A stretch of 64,000 bases of DNA, taken from Candidatus Obscuribacterales bacterium. Its GTDB lineage: Bacteria > Cyanobacteriota > Vampirovibrionia > Obscuribacterales > Obscuribacteraceae. Shown here in pieces: positions 18,714 to 29,159 of this stretch. The stretch covers positions 1,152,001 to 1,216,000 of the forward strand of contig CBDDIJ010000002.1 of assembly GCA_965228855.1 (NCBI GenBank), in the 5' to 3' direction. Made by a program: the position numbers and the translations under genes. The notes under the pieces were generated by a model. That model had not been told where the DNA came from, did no database searches, and worked only from the letters and a program-made list of their open reading frames with translations. Position 1 is the first letter of the stretch; each line of letters begins with the position of its first letter.

Positions 18714-20035
18714 TGATAACCAGCGCCGTTATGTTTGAAAACAGCGAAGCTTTTGCGCGCGAATTGGACTCGAAGGACGAGTTATCATCGTTGAGAGAAG
18801 AGTTTTTCATACCGACGCGCGAATCGATGGCTGGGAAAACGAAGCCCGCGATTGCGCAGCCGGAGGGCGAAAAGTGTGTTTATCTTGCGGGCAATTCGCT
18901 TGGTTTGCAGCCGCGCAACGTTCATAAGTACATCAGTGAGGAACTGGAAGACTGGGCGAGCTTCGGTGTTGAAGGTCATTTCCATGGGCGACATCCCTGG
19001 TTGCCTTACCACGAATTTTTGACCGAGATGAGCGCGCGAATCGTGGGCGCTAAGCCGGTGGAAGTCGTCGTGATGAATACACTCACTACGAATCTGCACT
19101 TGATGATGGTTTCGTTTTACCGGCCGGACAAGAAGCGATTCAAGATTCTTGTCGAGCAGGGCGCGTTTCCATCGGATCAATATGCGGTTGCTTCGCAAGC
19201 AGATTTTCACGGTTTTAATTCTAAGGATGCAGTGATTGAGTTGAAACCGCGTGATGGCGAGGACCTTCTGCGAACGGAAGATATTCTCGATGTGATCGAG
19301 CGTGAAGGTGACACTATTGCACTGGTTCTTCTCGGCAACGTGAATTACTTGACCGGGCAGGCGTTCGAAGTTGTACCAATTGCCGAAAAGGCTCATGAGA
19401 AAGGTTGCTACATTGGTTTAAACCTGGCGCATGGTGCTGGTAATCTGCACCTTCAGCTGCATGACTGGAATGTGGATTTTGCGGTGTGGTGCAGTTACAA
19501 ATATCTGAATTCGGGTCCGGGCAGTCTGGCCGGATGTTTCGTTCATGAGCGCCACAGAGACAACTTTGATCTTCCCCGTTTTGCCGGTTGGTGGGGACAT
19601 AATAAGGAAACGCGATTCCGCATGGGACCAGAGTTTGAGCCGCTTCCAGGTGCCGAAGGCTGGCAATTGAGTAATCCGCCTATATTCCAGTTGGCTGCTC
19701 TGCGAGCCTCTCTCGAATTATTTGATAAGGCTGGCATGAAACAGTTGCGCGCCAAAGGCGACTTGTTGACGGGTTATCTGGAGTTTCTCCTCAAGGATAC
19801 ACCTGCCGGTTATCTATCGATCATTACACCTGCTGATCCGGCTCAGCGCGGATCACAACTATCCATCAGATTCTCCTCTAACCCAAAGGAGATGCTGAAG
19901 GCGTTCAAAGACGAGGGGGTTATTTGCGATTTCCGCGAACCCGACATTATTCGTGCGACTCCGGTGCCGATGTACAACACATTTTTAGATGTTTATCGCT
20001 TCGCATCAATCATTCGCCGTTTCGCCTCCAAATAA
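18713..20035 (+). CDS. kynU: Kynureninase
   Basis: YLAGNSLGLQP, VVMNTLTTNLHLMMVSFY, FPSDQYA, WCSYKYLNSGPG, AGWWGH, QLSNPPI; GTG start overlaps nbaC stop (alternative ATG 18731). Confidence 0.96.
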   Translation: MITSAVMFENSEAFARELDSKDELSSLREEFFIPTRESMAGKTKPAIAQPEGEKCVYLAGNSLGLQPRNVHKYISEELEDWASFGVEGHFHGRHPWLPYHEFLTEMSARIVGAKPVEVVVMNTLTTNLHLMMVSFYRPDKKRFKILVEQGAFPSDQYAVASQADFHGFNSKDAVIELKPRDGEDLLRTEDILDVIEREGDTIALVLLGNVNYLTGQAFEVVPIAEKAHEKGCYIGLNLAHGAGNLHLQLHDWNVDFAVWCSYKYLNSGPGSLAGCFVHERHRDNFDLPRFAGWWGHNKETRFRMGPEFEPLPGAEGWQLSNPPIFQLAALRASLELFDKAGMKQLRAKGDLLTGYLEFLLKDTPAGYLSIITPADPAQRGSQLSIRFSSNPKEMLKAFKDEGVICDFREPDIIRATPVPMYNTFLDVYRFASIIRRFASK

Positions 20036-20100
20036 TAAACAGGCGAGAACGGCTAATAGAGCGCAGTTTAGAAACCAACAGCAGACCAGAGGAATAAAAT

Positions 20101-21588
20101 ATGAGCGACGCCGTTGAAACGAGAAACGTAGATGTTCTGATAGTCGGCGCCGGGCTGGTTGGCTCGCTGGCAGCGATCTACATGGCGAAGCGCGGGTTCA
20201 ACGTCGAAGTGTACGAGCGCAGACCGGACATGCGGACAGTTGAAATCAGCGCCGGGCGCTCGATAAACCTGAACCTCTCGTGCCGCGGTATCGAAGCTTT
20301 GAAGCGAATTGGTATCGCCGATGATGTCTTGGCGGAAGTCGTTCCTATGATGGGACGCATGATGCACGCTCGTGATGGAGCTCTCACGTATCAGCCCTAC
20401 GGCAAGGATGATACTGAATTTGGCAATTCAGTATCGCGCGGTGGGTTGAACAAAATGCTTATGGATATTGCCGAGGAGACCGGCACAGTCAAATTCCACT
20501 TCAACTGGAAAGCCGACGACGCAGATTTCGATTCGAATACCATGACGTTCACGAACGAGCAGGGTGAGAAAATCGAAGTGCGTGCGTCTGTGATTATCGG
20601 CACGGATGGAGCTGCTTCGGCTGTGCGTCGCGAGATGCTCAAGCTTGATGGCTACGAAAGTACTGTCGAACCTCTCGATTACGGCTATAAGGAACTGTAC
20701 ATCGCGCCCAATGCGGACGGCAGTTTCAAAATTGAGAAGAATGCTCTTCATATCTGGCCCCGTGGCACATACATGCTGATAGCCTTGCCGAACTTTGACG
20801 GCAGTTTTACGGTCACCTTGTTCTTGCCATACAAAGGGGAATTGAGTTTCGAGAAACTCACGACTGAGGAATCCGTTCGCGAGTTCTTCACTGAGCACTT
20901 TCACGATGCGACAGAGCTGATGCCGGATCTGGTCGAAACATTTATGAACAATCCGACCGGGCACATGGAGACGATCAAAACTTTTCCGTGGAATGTCGGT
21001 GGTCAATGCGTCCTCATGGGTGATGCCGCCCATGGTGTCGTGCCCTTCTTCGGGCAGGGCATGAATTGCGGTTTCGAAGACCTCACCGTTTTTGAGGAAT
21101 GCATTGCCGATCATCTGGCGAACGGCGGTTCTCTGTATGTTGAGCGCCGGTTGCGGACCGATGAAGAGCCTCGAAAAACCGCTCGCTTGCAATTGGAAGG
21201 TGAATCGAATTGGCAGAAACTGTTTGAAGACTTCGCCAATCGCCGTAAAGAAAATTGCGATGCGATTGCGGACATGGCTGTGGAAAACTTTATCGAGATG
21301 CGCGACAAAGTGGGAGATCCGAAGTTCTTGCTGGCGAAGGCCGTTGAGAAAATTCTTGAGAAACGATTCCCCGGACGATATGTTTCTCGCTATTCGCTGG
21401 TGACGTTCTCTAACGTTCCGTATAAACTGGCTAAGGACGCCGGAATTATCTGTGATGAAATTCTTGCTGAGTTGGTGAGCGGAATTGATAAGGCTGAGGA
21501 TGTAGACTTGAAAAAGGCAGAGAAGCTGATTGATGAGAGGCTTGCTCCGATGCTTTTGAAGCGTCCTGAACTGGCTCATCAAGCCTGA
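20101..21588 (+). CDS. kmo: Kynurenine 3-monooxygenase (FAD-dependent)
   Basis: GAGLVGS, GRSINLNLS.RG, YKEL.I, NALHIWPRG.YMLIALPN.DGSFT, GDAAH..VPFFGQGMNCGFED, NFIEMRD. Confidence 0.95.
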   Translation: MSDAVETRNVDVLIVGAGLVGSLAAIYMAKRGFNVEVYERRPDMRTVEISAGRSINLNLSCRGIEALKRIGIADDVLAEVVPMMGRMMHARDGALTYQPYGKDDTEFGNSVSRGGLNKMLMDIAEETGTVKFHFNWKADDADFDSNTMTFTNEQGEKIEVRASVIIGTDGAASAVRREMLKLDGYESTVEPLDYGYKELYIAPNADGSFKIEKNALHIWPRGTYMLIALPNFDGSFTVTLFLPYKGELSFEKLTTEESVREFFTEHFHDATELMPDLVETFMNNPTGHMETIKTFPWNVGGQCVLMGDAAHGVVPFFGQGMNCGFEDLTVFEECIADHLANGGSLYVERRLRTDEEPRKTARLQLEGESNWQKLFEDFANRRKENCDAIADMAVENFIEMRDKVGDPKFLLAKAVEKILEKRFPGRYVSRYSLVTFSNVPYKLAKDAGIICDEILAELVSGIDKAEDVDLKKAEKLIDERLAPMLLKRPELAHQA

Positions 21589-21599
21589 TTGCAGAGAGC

Positions 21600-22208
21600 G
21601 TGGTAAAAGACGACACCGCCGATAACATTTCGACTCCGATGGATTTTTCGCCATTCGATCCGCTTATGAACTTGGAAGCGGTTGCTGAGGTGATTAAGAC
21701 CATCCGCCACCTGTCCTGGTCTTACGCCGGTGATATTGCTCGCACTGTGATCAAGTGTGGCAAAACATTTCTTGCCGGTCGGTTTGTTGTTTGCGTTTGT
21801 TCAGATGACTGTATTGAAGTCTATGAGTACACGGACGGCACAGTGCCTCCGTTGCAGAAGTATTTTGAATCTGAGAGCGGTCAGGCGTTTTTGCGACATT
21901 GTCTGGAACTCGCACCGGATTACGTTTCGCTTGACAAGAATGAAACTGATGGAATTCCTGATGAACTCTGCGAACCGGCGAGTTATGTTTTCCCGCTGAG
22001 ACATCAATACGAGAAGCGTCATGTCGTGAAGCCGGGATTGCTCCTCATGCAGGAGCCGCTTGGATTGGCGCGTTGGAACAAGCGGTTTCTCGACAGCGTT
22101 CTGGTCGTTGCCGAATATCTTGCTATGGTGATCGAGTGCGAGCGGCTTTATAAACTGGTCAATGAGCCCGAGAAGCCTGATGAGAAGCTGGAAGATGTCG
22201 GGGGCTAG
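21600..22208 (+). CDS. Hypothetical protein, possibly a degenerate GAF domain
   Basis: Co-oriented with kmo; GLLLMQE....RW....D....VAEYLAMVIE..RLY resembles a GAF C-terminus. Confidence 0.55.
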   Translation: MVKDDTADNISTPMDFSPFDPLMNLEAVAEVIKTIRHLSWSYAGDIARTVIKCGKTFLAGRFVVCVCSDDCIEVYEYTDGTVPPLQKYFESESGQAFLRHCLELAPDYVSLDKNETDGIPDELCEPASYVFPLRHQYEKRHVVKPGLLLMQEPLGLARWNKRFLDSVLVVAEYLAMVIECERLYKLVNEPEKPDEKLEDVGG

Positions 22209-23353
22209 ACGACGCGCTCTAGTTTGTTGAGTTTTTCGACGACATCTTTTGCTTCGACTCGAATGCGCCATTCATTATCGAGGAGTAGAACGGCATTACC
22301 CGTTATCGCCGAGCCAATCATGCCGATGCTGCTTTCGGCAAGGGCGCGGGGAAGGGTCTCAATCCACTTCAATTGTTCGTGTGAGAGTTTTGTAGTGGCA
22401 GTGACAATTGTTTCAACTAAAGTGAACAGATAAACAGGCATCTCAATGAGCCCGAGAAGCAGAGAAAGGAGAAAGACCGAGAACATTATCTGCATCGGTT
22501 TTCTAATAAAAATCACAATCATGTCCGCGAGACCTTTTCGGTAGGTCGATTCGGAAATCAGAAAGTGATAAGCCGCCACCAGGTTCGCGATCTTGATCAT
22601 GCGAAACGGCATGTACCAGGCGATCAAGAAACCTAGATATAAACCGGTGACGCCGAGCAACTCCTCCGTTTTTCGGACCTGTTGAGCCATTACATCCTGG
22701 CTCATGAGTACCAGAGCTGTAGCGCACGCGATTTCCAGGAGATCGATCATTATGGTCGGCCAGAAAAGCACGATGAGTTTAAACCGATACGCCGCTTTGA
22801 GCGCCGATTGCAAGGTCGGCTCTCGGCCGGACATATTCAGCCAATGCGCGTAACACGCTGCTCGAATCAGGAAGACGGAGCCGGTTATTGCAAGCATGCC
22901 GGCAATCATGATCGACGCGCGTACTGCGAAGGAGCCGGTCGGCGCCCATAAGTTCTCAACTGCTTCTACTAAAACTTCCCAGCAGAAAACATACAAAAAT
23001 TCGGGAAACAGATACAGTCCGGCAAATAATTTCCAGTTGGATCTCCAGATGCGCGCAGATCGACCGAGGATGTCTCCGATGGATAGTGACATTCTGGGCA
23101 GTTCATAATCGATTGTCGCCGTTGGTTTGAGTTTGGCGAATTGCATTGGTGATACCGCAAATGGTGGCAATCGTGGAATCGGTTTCGATCTATCATACTT
23201 GATTTGCGATGCCGAAGCTTTTTCGCGGTCCTGACCCAAATGCTGGTTTGGTTTCGGAACACTTGCACGGTTTGGACGTCGATTTCCGTGAAAGTGCATT
23301 GACGGGGCTTTGAGGCGGTCTGAGTCTGCTATATATGGGTGACGGCCGGGCAT
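22205..23353 (-). CDS. Polytopic membrane protein
   Basis: LSIGDILGRSARIWRSNW start of membrane domain, ~6 TM, ends with RIRVEA.D; start uncertain. Confidence 0.7.
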   Translation of the reverse strand: MPGRHPYIADSDRLKAPSMHFHGNRRPNRASVPKPNQHLGQDREKASASQIKYDRSKPIPRLPPFAVSPMQFAKLKPTATIDYELPRMSLSIGDILGRSARIWRSNWKLFAGLYLFPEFLYVFCWEVLVEAVENLWAPTGSFAVRASIMIAGMLAITGSVFLIRAACYAHWLNMSGREPTLQSALKAAYRFKLIVLFWPTIMIDLLEIACATALVLMSQDVMAQQVRKTEELLGVTGLYLGFLIAWYMPFRMIKIANLVAAYHFLISESTYRKGLADMIVIFIRKPMQIMFSVFLLSLLLGLIEMPVYLFTLVETIVTATTKLSHEQLKWIETLPRALAESSIGMIGSAITGNAVLLLDNEWRIRVEAKDVVEKLNKLERVV

Positions 23354-23457
23354 AAACTCACTATCAGCTCCCTGCGCCGTTGAAGCCGTCCAGTCAAGTC
23401 AACCGTCATCCAGCCAGTCAGAAACCCGGATACCCTTACTAGCTTCGAGCCTTCGCA

Positions 23458-25086
23458 ATGATTCCACACGAAGAGACTGTAGTCGCAGCCAGACCGGACC
23501 CCTACGTGGGGAAGGTCATCGACAAGTACAAACTTGTTGAACGGCTCGGCGCCGGCGGAATGGGGCTGGTTTATCGAGCGGAGCAGGCTCGCATGGACCG
23601 ATGTGTCGCGATAAAGCTCTTGCCGTTTACCCTTGTTAACGACGAGGTGAATGTCAAGCGTATTGAGCGTGAGGCGAAAGCGATGGGTAATTTACGCCAT
23701 CCCAACATCGCCACTATTTTCGATTTCGGTTTTTCAGAAGAGTATCAGCCGTATCTCGTTATGGAACTGATTGCCGGTCAGAGCCTCGGCAAACTTATTC
23801 ATCACCAGCGTTCGATCGAGCCTCAACGCGTCGTGCGCATAATGGCGCAGGCCGCCGACGCCATGGATTATGCGCATCGTCATAACATTATTCATCGCGA
23901 TTTGAAGCCGGATAACATCATGCTCGACAATGAGCATACCGAGGATTTCGTGAAGATTCTCGACTTCGGTATCGCCAAATCTGTTGATGAAGCTGTCAAC
24001 TTGTCGCAGTCATTGACGCGTCCGGGGACGGTGGTGGGCAGCCCGCTCTATATGAGCCCCGAGCAGTGTGTCGGTCAGAAATTAGACATCACGAGCGATA
24101 TTTATTCGCTTGGTGTAATCATGTACGAGATATTGACGGGAACGGTTCCCAGCAAAGGTGCCACCATATATGAAACCATTTGCAGAAAGACGACAGAGCC
24201 GCCGCCGCCATTTCCTGAACAGTTTGCCGAGTTTAGAGAATTGGAAGCGCTGACGCTGTCGTGTCTTGCCACGTTGAAAACGGACAGACCGGAGAGCATG
24301 GCTGAAGTGCGCGATCGTTTGCGGGCTATGAGTTCTACGACTCTGGACATGCCCTCTTCCATTACGATTTCTACATCCGCTGTGTCTGAGCCGGTTGTGG
24401 CGGAACCGCTTGTCGCGACTTCGTCTCCGGAGGACCAGCAAACCACGGAAGAGATGATGGCTCGGACCGCTCCGGTGAAGCTGGTTGAGGAAGTCACGGT
24501 TGTCGATGTGGTGAAGCTGGCTGGGACAACTGGACCGACGCGTATCCAGGCGATGTTGAAACCCAAGAGTCCAAAGTTGATTGCGGCTTTTCTGGGTTTT
24601 GCAGTAGTGTCGATAGCAGGTCTCTACGCGATTTTGCATCAGGGTTCCGACTCAGTGGTTAGTGATGGAACTCGAGCGCAATCTTCGGCGGCATCTCCGT
24701 CTGAACTGAGACGCTCTGGTCGACCCGCTGCCGCTGAGACTGTGTCGGTCGCCAAGCCCGCTGCGGAGGCAAAATTGAACGCCGCTAGCGGTTTGTCAGA
24801 AGAGCAGATTGGAAAGACGTCGTCTGGACCTGCAGGGAGAACGAATTCCGGTCAGGGTGTGGCGAAATTGCCCGCCGTGGCTCCTCAGGCAGCCGCTTCG
24901 AGCGTGCCCGCGAGGGCTCCGGCTCGTAAGATCAAGGCTGCGCCGAAAAGTGCTCCGAAAACTGCTCCCGCTCGAACTTCACGCGCTCGGCGAGAGAGCC
25001 GACCCGCAGAAAAGCAGAAACGGTTTCTAAAAGTGCCTCGCCCCGTCGGGCGGTTTTTCAGGCATTTGCGCGAGGGACGTTTTTAA
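23458..25086 (+). CDS. Hanks-type Ser/Thr protein kinase with TM helix and basic disordered C-terminus
   Basis: GAGGMGLV, AIK, HRDLKPDNIML, DFG, GSPLYMSPE, SDIYSLG; TM LIAAFLGFAVVSIAGLYAIL. Confidence 0.94.
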   Translation: MIPHEETVVAARPDPYVGKVIDKYKLVERLGAGGMGLVYRAEQARMDRCVAIKLLPFTLVNDEVNVKRIEREAKAMGNLRHPNIATIFDFGFSEEYQPYLVMELIAGQSLGKLIHHQRSIEPQRVVRIMAQAADAMDYAHRHNIIHRDLKPDNIMLDNEHTEDFVKILDFGIAKSVDEAVNLSQSLTRPGTVVGSPLYMSPEQCVGQKLDITSDIYSLGVIMYEILTGTVPSKGATIYETICRKTTEPPPPFPEQFAEFRELEALTLSCLATLKTDRPESMAEVRDRLRAMSSTTLDMPSSITISTSAVSEPVVAEPLVATSSPEDQQTTEEMMARTAPVKLVEEVTVVDVVKLAGTTGPTRIQAMLKPKSPKLIAAFLGFAVVSIAGLYAILHQGSDSVVSDGTRAQSSAASPSELRRSGRPAAAETVSVAKPAAEAKLNAASGLSEEQIGKTSSGPAGRTNSGQGVAKLPAVAPQAAASSVPARAPARKIKAAPKSAPKTAPARTSRARRESRPAEKQKRFLKVPRPVGRFFRHLREGRF

Positions 25087-25093
25087 CTAAAGG

Positions 25094-25681
25094 CTATTGA
25101 ACGCCGAAGTACGAGGGTTCGTTACCGGCTTTCCATTTGATGTTGCAACCGGTGCTTGGTTTCTGTTCTTCGGAAACGGGCTTGTCGGCGAGCGCGGCAT
25201 CAACGGCAGCGCGCAAATCCTTACCGTTGATTGGCTCAGTGTTGCCTCTGCGACTGTCATCAAATTGGCCGCGGTAAATCAATTTGCGGTCTTTGTCGAA
25301 CAGGAAGAAATCTGGCGTGCATGCTGCCGTGTAGCGTTTGGCCACATCTTGAGTTGCATCGAAGCACAGAGGGAACTTGAAGTTCATTTTTTCAGCGTAC
25401 TCTTTCAATTTTTCCGGTGAGTCTTCCGGATAGGCTTCGGCATCGTTGCTTGAAATGCCGATGATGCCGATGTCTTTGGCTTCATAGTCGTGTGAGAATT
25501 TCGCCAGTTCGCTTTCGATGTGTACGATGTATGGGCAATGTTTGCACATGAAAATGACCAGCATGAGCTTCTTATCGGAGAAACTCTTGTCAGTAAATTC
25601 CTTACCTGTGACGACATCTTTCAAGGAAAATTCCGGGGCTTTTGTGCCCAGGGATAGCATTGTCGAGTATGTCAAAACCAT
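25094..25681 (-). CDS. Thioredoxin-fold AhpC/TSA-like protein
   Basis: LGTKAPEFSL, FMCKHCPY, ISSND...YPEDSP, AACTPDFFLFD, YRGQFDDSR, GCNIKWK. Confidence 0.9.
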   Translation of the reverse strand: MVLTYSTMLSLGTKAPEFSLKDVVTGKEFTDKSFSDKKLMLVIFMCKHCPYIVHIESELAKFSHDYEAKDIGIIGISSNDAEAYPEDSPEKLKEYAEKMNFKFPLCFDATQDVAKRYTAACTPDFFLFDKDRKLIYRGQFDDSRRGNTEPINGKDLRAAVDAALADKPVSEEQKPSTGCNIKWKAGNEPSYFGVQ

Positions 25682-25715
25682 TGAGCGCACCTCTTTGAGA
25701 ACCGAATTAGAGATT

Positions 25716-27731
25716 TTATCGAACTGATGCATCAGGTTCAACCTGACGCGCCAGGTTTTCTATTTGCACCGGCTCCGTTTCATCTGCCGGTTTGTATCCG
25801 AAAATCTTGGCGAAGAAATAGAACTCTGCTTCGATTGTTCGCTTGATATTTTCCGCTTTTCGGAAGCCGTGTTGCTCGCCTTCGTAGGCGATGTAGGCAA
25901 CGGGCAGTCCTTTCTTCTTGATGGCTTCCACCATGGCTTCTGCTTGTGAAGGCGGCACCACTTTATCTTCCAAGCCCTGGAAGAAGATGACCGGGCAATT
26001 GAGTTTGTCGGTGAAGTTGATTGGCGAACGAGCGTAATAGTCCTGTTTCTTCTCAGGATAGGGTCCGAAGAGATAGTCGCCGTAGCGCGATTCGAATTTG
26101 TGTGTGTCAGCGCAAAGCGCCTCTACATCACCGATTCCGTAGTGGCTGGCGCCGGCCTTGAAGCGATCTGTAAAGGTGAGAGCGCAGAGCGTTGTGTAGC
26201 CTCCTGCGCTACCACCTGTGATGGCAAGGCGGTTGCCGTCGACTAGACCCTTTTCTACTAAATACTTTGCCGCGTTCTCGCAATCCTGCATGTCGACGAC
26301 GCCCCAGTTTAACTTCAATCGATTGCGATACTCTCGACCGAAGCCGGTGCTTCCGCCGTAGTTGACGTCTACCACTGCAACTCCACGGCTCGTCCAGTAT
26401 TGAGTTCCCAGGCTCAATACCGACGACGTACTGCCTGTCGGTCCACCGTGGCTTTCCACCACCAGTGGTGGCAGTTCTCCGGCTGGAGCTTCATAGTCTT
26501 TGTTGGCGGGAGGGTAGAAAAAGGCAAATGCCGTTTTGCCGTTGGCTGTTGGGAATTCGATGACTTGGGGAACCGAGACATAGCCCTTGTCCGGGACGAT
26601 GGAACTGCTTTCTTTAATAACTGTCCATTTGTCTTCTTTCAGGTCGAAGTGAACGATGGCGGTTTGCGAAGTCGGGCTTCCAGCCTGCATGCCGACATCC
26701 GTACCGTTGCTCGAGATGTACCAGAAGTCCGTGTAGGGGCATTGAATTTGTTTTAAAGAATATCTGTCCGTCGAGTCTTTGGTGATCAAGCCAAGCTTCC
26801 AGACTCCGTTTTCGCAATACTGGCAGATTATGCGACCGCCGCTTATAAATGCGAACGTGGTCATTCTGAAGACCCAAAGGGGCATGCCGAACTCAGCGTT
26901 CATGCGGATGACCGGCTTGGGTGTTGAGCTGTCAGCGAGCGCATCGGCCGGATTTTCGATAACTTCGAGATTCCACCAGCCAGTACTATCGTTGACGAAG
27001 AATAGTTTGCCTTCTGGCGACCAGACCGGCTGAAATACTGACTCTTCCTTGTTTCCAGCAACGACCTTGTCTTCTTTGATGGCGCCGGAACCATCAAATT
27101 GAATAAGGTGTAAGTCGGTTCCATCCCAGGGCATGTTAGGATGACGCCAGGCGATATAACTGAGGTACTGGGCATCAGGACTCAGTCTAGGGTATGAATA
27201 GAAGTCATATCCGGATGCTATTGTTGTCGGCTCGCCATGTTTGAACTCGTTAGTTCCAACTGCGGTTATGTCGATGGAAACTAGCTTGTTTTCCGGCTCC
27301 TTGCCACCTTTCGAGTGATCTTCACAGACGCAAATCAGGCGGTTGCGTTTTTCATCAATCACCATATCGGCATATCTAAGTTTGTTTTCCCTGGTAATTG
27401 CAACGGGCTCTGAACCAGGCTTTTGAAAGTAGATCAGTTGGTCTTTGAAGTTGACGAAGAAGATGTTTCCCTCGTGCAATGTGAATGAACCACCGCCGTA
27501 CTCGTGCACCAGAGTTCTCACGTTAAACGTCTTCGGCAGCGCATCTTCGAGTCTACCGTCTCTGTGTCGCACTACCAGCGCTGTTCGTCCGGCTTCCGAG
27601 GGACGCCCCTCCAGGTAATAGAGATCGTCGCCGTCGAATGCGACTTCGCCCAGGCGGAGCGAGTTGGACGCGATTTGCTCCGCATTGATTGGAGATTTCC
27701 AGGAGCCGTATGGCGCGGTGGTTTTCGACAT
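25716..27731 (-). CDS. S9 family (prolyl oligopeptidase/acylaminoacyl peptidase-like) serine peptidase
   Basis: APYGSWKSPI, HGGPT, GGSAGG nucleophile, QGLEDKVV, EQHGF; strong SD AAGGAG before 27731; frame open to 27917. Confidence 0.94.
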   Translation of the reverse strand: MSKTTAPYGSWKSPINAEQIASNSLRLGEVAFDGDDLYYLEGRPSEAGRTALVVRHRDGRLEDALPKTFNVRTLVHEYGGGSFTLHEGNIFFVNFKDQLIYFQKPGSEPVAITRENKLRYADMVIDEKRNRLICVCEDHSKGGKEPENKLVSIDITAVGTNEFKHGEPTTIASGYDFYSYPRLSPDAQYLSYIAWRHPNMPWDGTDLHLIQFDGSGAIKEDKVVAGNKEESVFQPVWSPEGKLFFVNDSTGWWNLEVIENPADALADSSTPKPVIRMNAEFGMPLWVFRMTTFAFISGGRIICQYCENGVWKLGLITKDSTDRYSLKQIQCPYTDFWYISSNGTDVGMQAGSPTSQTAIVHFDLKEDKWTVIKESSSIVPDKGYVSVPQVIEFPTANGKTAFAFFYPPANKDYEAPAGELPPLVVESHGGPTGSTSSVLSLGTQYWTSRGVAVVDVNYGGSTGFGREYRNRLKLNWGVVDMQDCENAAKYLVEKGLVDGNRLAITGGSAGGYTTLCALTFTDRFKAGASHYGIGDVEALCADTHKFESRYGDYLFGPYPEKKQDYYARSPINFTDKLNCPVIFFQGLEDKVVPPSQAEAMVEAIKKKGLPVAYIAYEGEQHGFRKAENIKRTIEAEFYFFAKIFGYKPADETEPVQIENLARQVEPDASVR

Positions 27732-27935
27732 GTTGTTCTCCTTGAAAGAGGGACTCGAACGATTGGAGTTTTCGTCTGAAATCAAGCGCTGCTTGTTTTG
27801 ATACTGGGCGTCAAATGCGACCACCGAATATGGCCGCGCGACGACGCCGAGCAGAAGCACCGAGGCGCTTAGCAGCACGTTTGCTGAGGTTCGAAACGGA
27901 TGATTTGGAATGCGCACCAGTTGTCCGAACGAAAT

Positions 27936-29159
27936 CTACTGCTCAAACTCCAGCCCATTCTGGCGAATGGTAAAGTTGACCACGGCTTGATCAAGCGTGA
28001 GCTTACCAGACTTGAGAAGCTCGTGCATGATCATGGCGGAGTCGATGAGTGCTCGGTCATCGGGTCTGGACTGGCGCAACAAGAAACCCAGCAGCTCGGT
28101 ATTTTTAAAGCTCAGTTTTATCGCCTCGCGCAAGTAGTCCTTCGAGACATTTCCTTCCTTGCGGGCATGTTTCATCACCGCGGCTATCAGCTCGGGATTG
28201 CCCATGACCATCTGGACTATGTTTTTCATCGAGTCCTTGTTGAGATATCCGCTCAGCCGCAGGAAGTCGCAGAAGGAAACTTGTTTTTGAAACTCGGACG
28301 GTTTCAGTCCAGCCTTCTCAAGACCCTCTTCGGCTGTCAGTCCTGATTTGTCGATATGCTTCAGAGCGCTCGATGCGCGGTAGACGCTGACGCCGCCGCT
28401 CCAGACCATCTCTTGCAATCTAAGCGCTGCGGTGAGCAATTCTTGCGAAACCCAGCCCATCTCGATTAAGACTTCACCCATCATTTTGTCGTTGGCTTTT
28501 GCCATCTCGACAGCGGACTGCACATCGGCTGCGCTGAGCAAATGCGATGCGATCAGGAGTTCGCCAATGCGAACCCGCTTGTCGTCTTTGTCGCCATCGC
28601 GTCCTTCAACGGGGATGTAGAGTTTCTCTTTGCGAAGTTGTTCGATGGCTAGTGAACGATCGATGCGTCCGAATCTCACATCGCGCTGAAGATTGAGGGC
28701 CAGGTCGAGCGACGGCTCCGACAGTTTACTCAGTAAAACCAGCACTCTGCCGAGCGGTAGACCGCTTCCGTCACTGGCTTTCAGGGCGAGGTCGACCTGC
28801 AATGGATTAACGTGCTCAGCGGACAGTAACAGCTCGCCGAGGCGAGTACCGCGTGTCGCATAGGCATCGACACCCAGCACTATGAGCGCGTCGGAAAGAG
28901 TCCAGCGTTTGCGATGGACGACACCCATCGCTTCCCGGGCGGCTTCCGCGTCCAGTAAGCCGTCTTTGATCATCGACTGGGCTTCGATAGAGGCGCGAAC
29001 AACTTCATTTGTGCAGAAGTCGAGCATGACCAGACATTTGCCGAGGGGCAGTCCGGTGTGCTTCGACAGTACAAGGCCCCTCTTGATGTCCTGGTCGGAG
29101 ACTACACCGAAATAGGTCAAGAGAGTTCCAAGTTTCAGATCTTCTGGCTCAGCCGCCAA
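27936..29159 (-). CDS. Protein with multiple MshEN-like (putative c-di-GMP-binding) motifs
   Basis: Three tandem motif pairs, e.g. RLGELLL...LPLGRVLV...ALNLQ and RIGELLI...MGEVLIEMGWVS...ALRLQ. Confidence 0.7.
   Translation of the reverse strand: MAAEPEDLKLGTLLTYFGVVSDQDIKRGLVLSKHTGLPLGKCLVMLDFCTNEVVRASIEAQSMIKDGLLDAEAAREAMGVVHRKRWTLSDALIVLGVDAYATRGTRLGELLLSAEHVNPLQVDLALKASDGSGLPLGRVLVLLSKLSEPSLDLALNLQRDVRFGRIDRSLAIEQLRKEKLYIPVEGRDGDKDDKRVRIGELLIASHLLSAADVQSAVEMAKANDKMMGEVLIEMGWVSQELLTAALRLQEMVWSGGVSVYRASSALKHIDKSGLTAEEGLEKAGLKPSEFQKQVSFCDFLRLSGYLNKDSMKNIVQMVMGNPELIAAVMKHARKEGNVSKDYLREAIKLSFKNTELLGFLLRQSRPDDRALIDSAMIMHELLKSGKLTLDQAVVNFTIRQNGLEFEQ

Noticed and set aside
20428..21654. 408-aa antisense ORF over kmo
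   Set aside because: Shadow of a well-conserved gene with no recognisable motifs
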